From a virus (Duplodnaviria > Caudoviricetes): DNA of 56,550 bases. A program made the translations under genes and the position numbers. The DNA is taken from positions 1-56,550 of IMG/VR virus record IMGVR_UViG_3300037493_003812, one strand, 5' to 3'. Below are positions 55,540 through 56,550 of this stretch, piece after piece; within the stretch, counting starts at the first letter, position 1; each line of letters begins with the position of its first letter. The notes beneath the pieces were generated by a model. That model worked only from the letters and a program-made list of their open reading frames with translations. It searched no databases and was not told where the DNA came from.

Positions 55540-55713
55540 CTTGCATTAAGATAAGGCGTTATAGAAATGAGTCATAATGAAAGACACGAAACCGTAATGG
55601 GTTGGCCTTCAAATGATGCTCGGCAATCATTTCTAATAACACCGGTGATGAGCATACGTATAGCGGAACACAGGTTACCTATGCACGCACGCCCCTTGCG
55701 GGACTCTTAATAT
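55540..55713 (-). ncRNA. Multi-branched structured ncRNA candidate (~170 nt) between tRNAs
   Basis: ATTAAGA/TCTTAAT closing stem, GTCCC-GCAA-GGGGC hairpin, GGTGTTATTAGAAATGA/TCATTTCTATAACGCC long stem. Confidence 0.55.
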
Positions 55714-55727
55714 GTTCTCACTCTCAG

Positions 55728-55816
55728 TCCACCTATGGGGTGTCGATCCCCATCCGTTCGCCGATCTGGCGATTAAAGATTATAAGTCTTCCCGCACTGC
55801 CGAGTGCTTTAGGTGG
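55728..55816 (-). tRNA. tRNA-Ile(TAT) with long variable arm
   Basis: CCACCTA/TAGGTGG, loop CTTATAA, V-arm TCGCC-AGATC-GGCGA, T-arm TGGGG-ATCGACA-CCCCA. Confidence 0.82.
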
Positions 55817-55848
55817 TAATATATTAATTAGTAGTAGACTTGAAATAG

Positions 55849-55916
55849 AGTCGAAACGATTTAGAGGGTACCATCTTCGCCGAGCATACCCAGCCAAGCT
55901 CTTCATCGCCTCGACT
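55849..55916 (-). ncRNA. Small promoter-driven hairpin RNA / structured leader of the tRNA operon
   Basis: AGTCGAGGCGAT/ATCGTTTCGACT stem whose 5' end is at the predicted TSS of promoter 55922-55950. Confidence 0.5.
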
Positions 55917-56009
55917 TACTCAGTATACCAGAACCTTACCCGAATTTAAACCCTTTTAAGAAAGATTTTTATTTTATTTTGCCGGCCTTAATAACCAGCT
56001 GAAATTTAG

Positions 56010-56083
56010 AAGTCAAAGGACCGGTGCACAGAGGCAACACAACGGTTAAGAGAGAAACCCTCGGTGTCGTGTCTCTTTGACTT
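56010..56083 (-). ncRNA. Small promoter-driven structured RNA
   Basis: AAGTCAAAG/CTTTGACTT closing stem starting at the predicted TSS of promoter 56090-56118; no ORF. Confidence 0.5.
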
Positions 56084-56141
56084 ACTTTCAGTATAACAGA
56101 GCCGGCTCTCTTTTTAAACCAATTAAAAGAAAATATATTTG

Positions 56142-56550
56142 TCAGCCGCATTTGCTGTAAGAACAATTTCTGCAAAGCATGCAGCCTTCTTGATACACCA
56201 GGTCTGGTGCGCCACAAGTAGGACACTTTTTATCAGCACTAACCTTAGTGCCATCCTTGATGTAAGGTTTAAGCACTCTGGATAGCGCCTTGGAGAATGA
56301 AAACAAATCATCCTCAACCTCAGAGCCCTTCTGTATTTGTTCAACAACAAATTGAACCGGCGTTCCGTGTCTAAGAGATAAAGATGTAACTCTCGTAAAT
56401 GCTGAATGAACAGCATTCTCAAATAGACTAGTAATATCCTTAATCACCGCTTCATCTTCCGGTCCCTTTTCAAAATCATAATGAAGGTCATAGCGAGCAA
56501 TAGGATTTGAAGGTCCATTATGTTTTAAGATTTTGCCGGACTTCACACGC
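56142..56550 (-). CDS. nrdJ: C-terminal (TSCPD plus Zn-ribbon) part of class II ribonucleotide reductase, 5' end outside window
   Basis: TRVTSLSLRHG...SRVL...CPTCG..YQEGC..CRNCSYSKCG. Confidence 0.8.
   Translation of the reverse strand, partial: RVKSGKILKHNGPSNPIARYDLHYDFEKGPEDEAVIKDITSLFENAVHSAFTRVTSLSLRHGTPVQFVVEQIQKGSEVEDDLFSFSKALSRVLKPYIKDGTKVSADKKCPTCGAPDLVYQEGCMLCRNCSYSKCG

Noticed and set aside
55740-55949. 69-aa plus-strand ORF
   Set aside because: Antisense to tRNA-Ile and the hairpin RNA
1-56550. Stop-codon reassignment (alternative genetic code)
   Set aside because: Long genes are intact in the standard code, TAG and TGA both end genes, and no suppressor tRNA is seen

Overview
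Segment of a large (jumbo/huge-type) dsDNA bacteriophage genome, standard code, mostly minus-strand. There are no core capsid, terminase or polymerase genes and no CRISPR array. About half the window is arrays of ~55 small paralogous proteins with an N-terminal (F/M)xxGxL(V/I/Y) KOW/SH3-like motif, plus single-gene cassettes. These are driven by ~35 copies of one promoter (TTTAAA-N17-TATAAT/TATACT), very often with the ATG 6-7 nt after the -10 box (leaderless). Recognisable enzymes: NAMPT plus a CinA-like/NMN-adenylyltransferase fusion, intein-containing ThyX, ATP-dependent DNA ligase, RNA ligase, HAD RNA-repair phosphatase, two metallophosphoesterases, two DEDDh exonucleases, ClpP, patatin, two Zn-metalloproteases, an actin-fold ATPase, a RadA-like ATPase and the 3' end of a class II RNR. 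Mobile elements are two inteins and five free-standing homing endonuclease genes. The right end has five tRNAs (two with non-canonical long variable arms) interleaved with at least five unexplained structured RNAs, two of them with their own promoters. The left end has an A-tract/palindrome locus at which strand skew flips (possible terminus or origin). All calls come from reading motifs by eye; no searches were run and counts are approximate.
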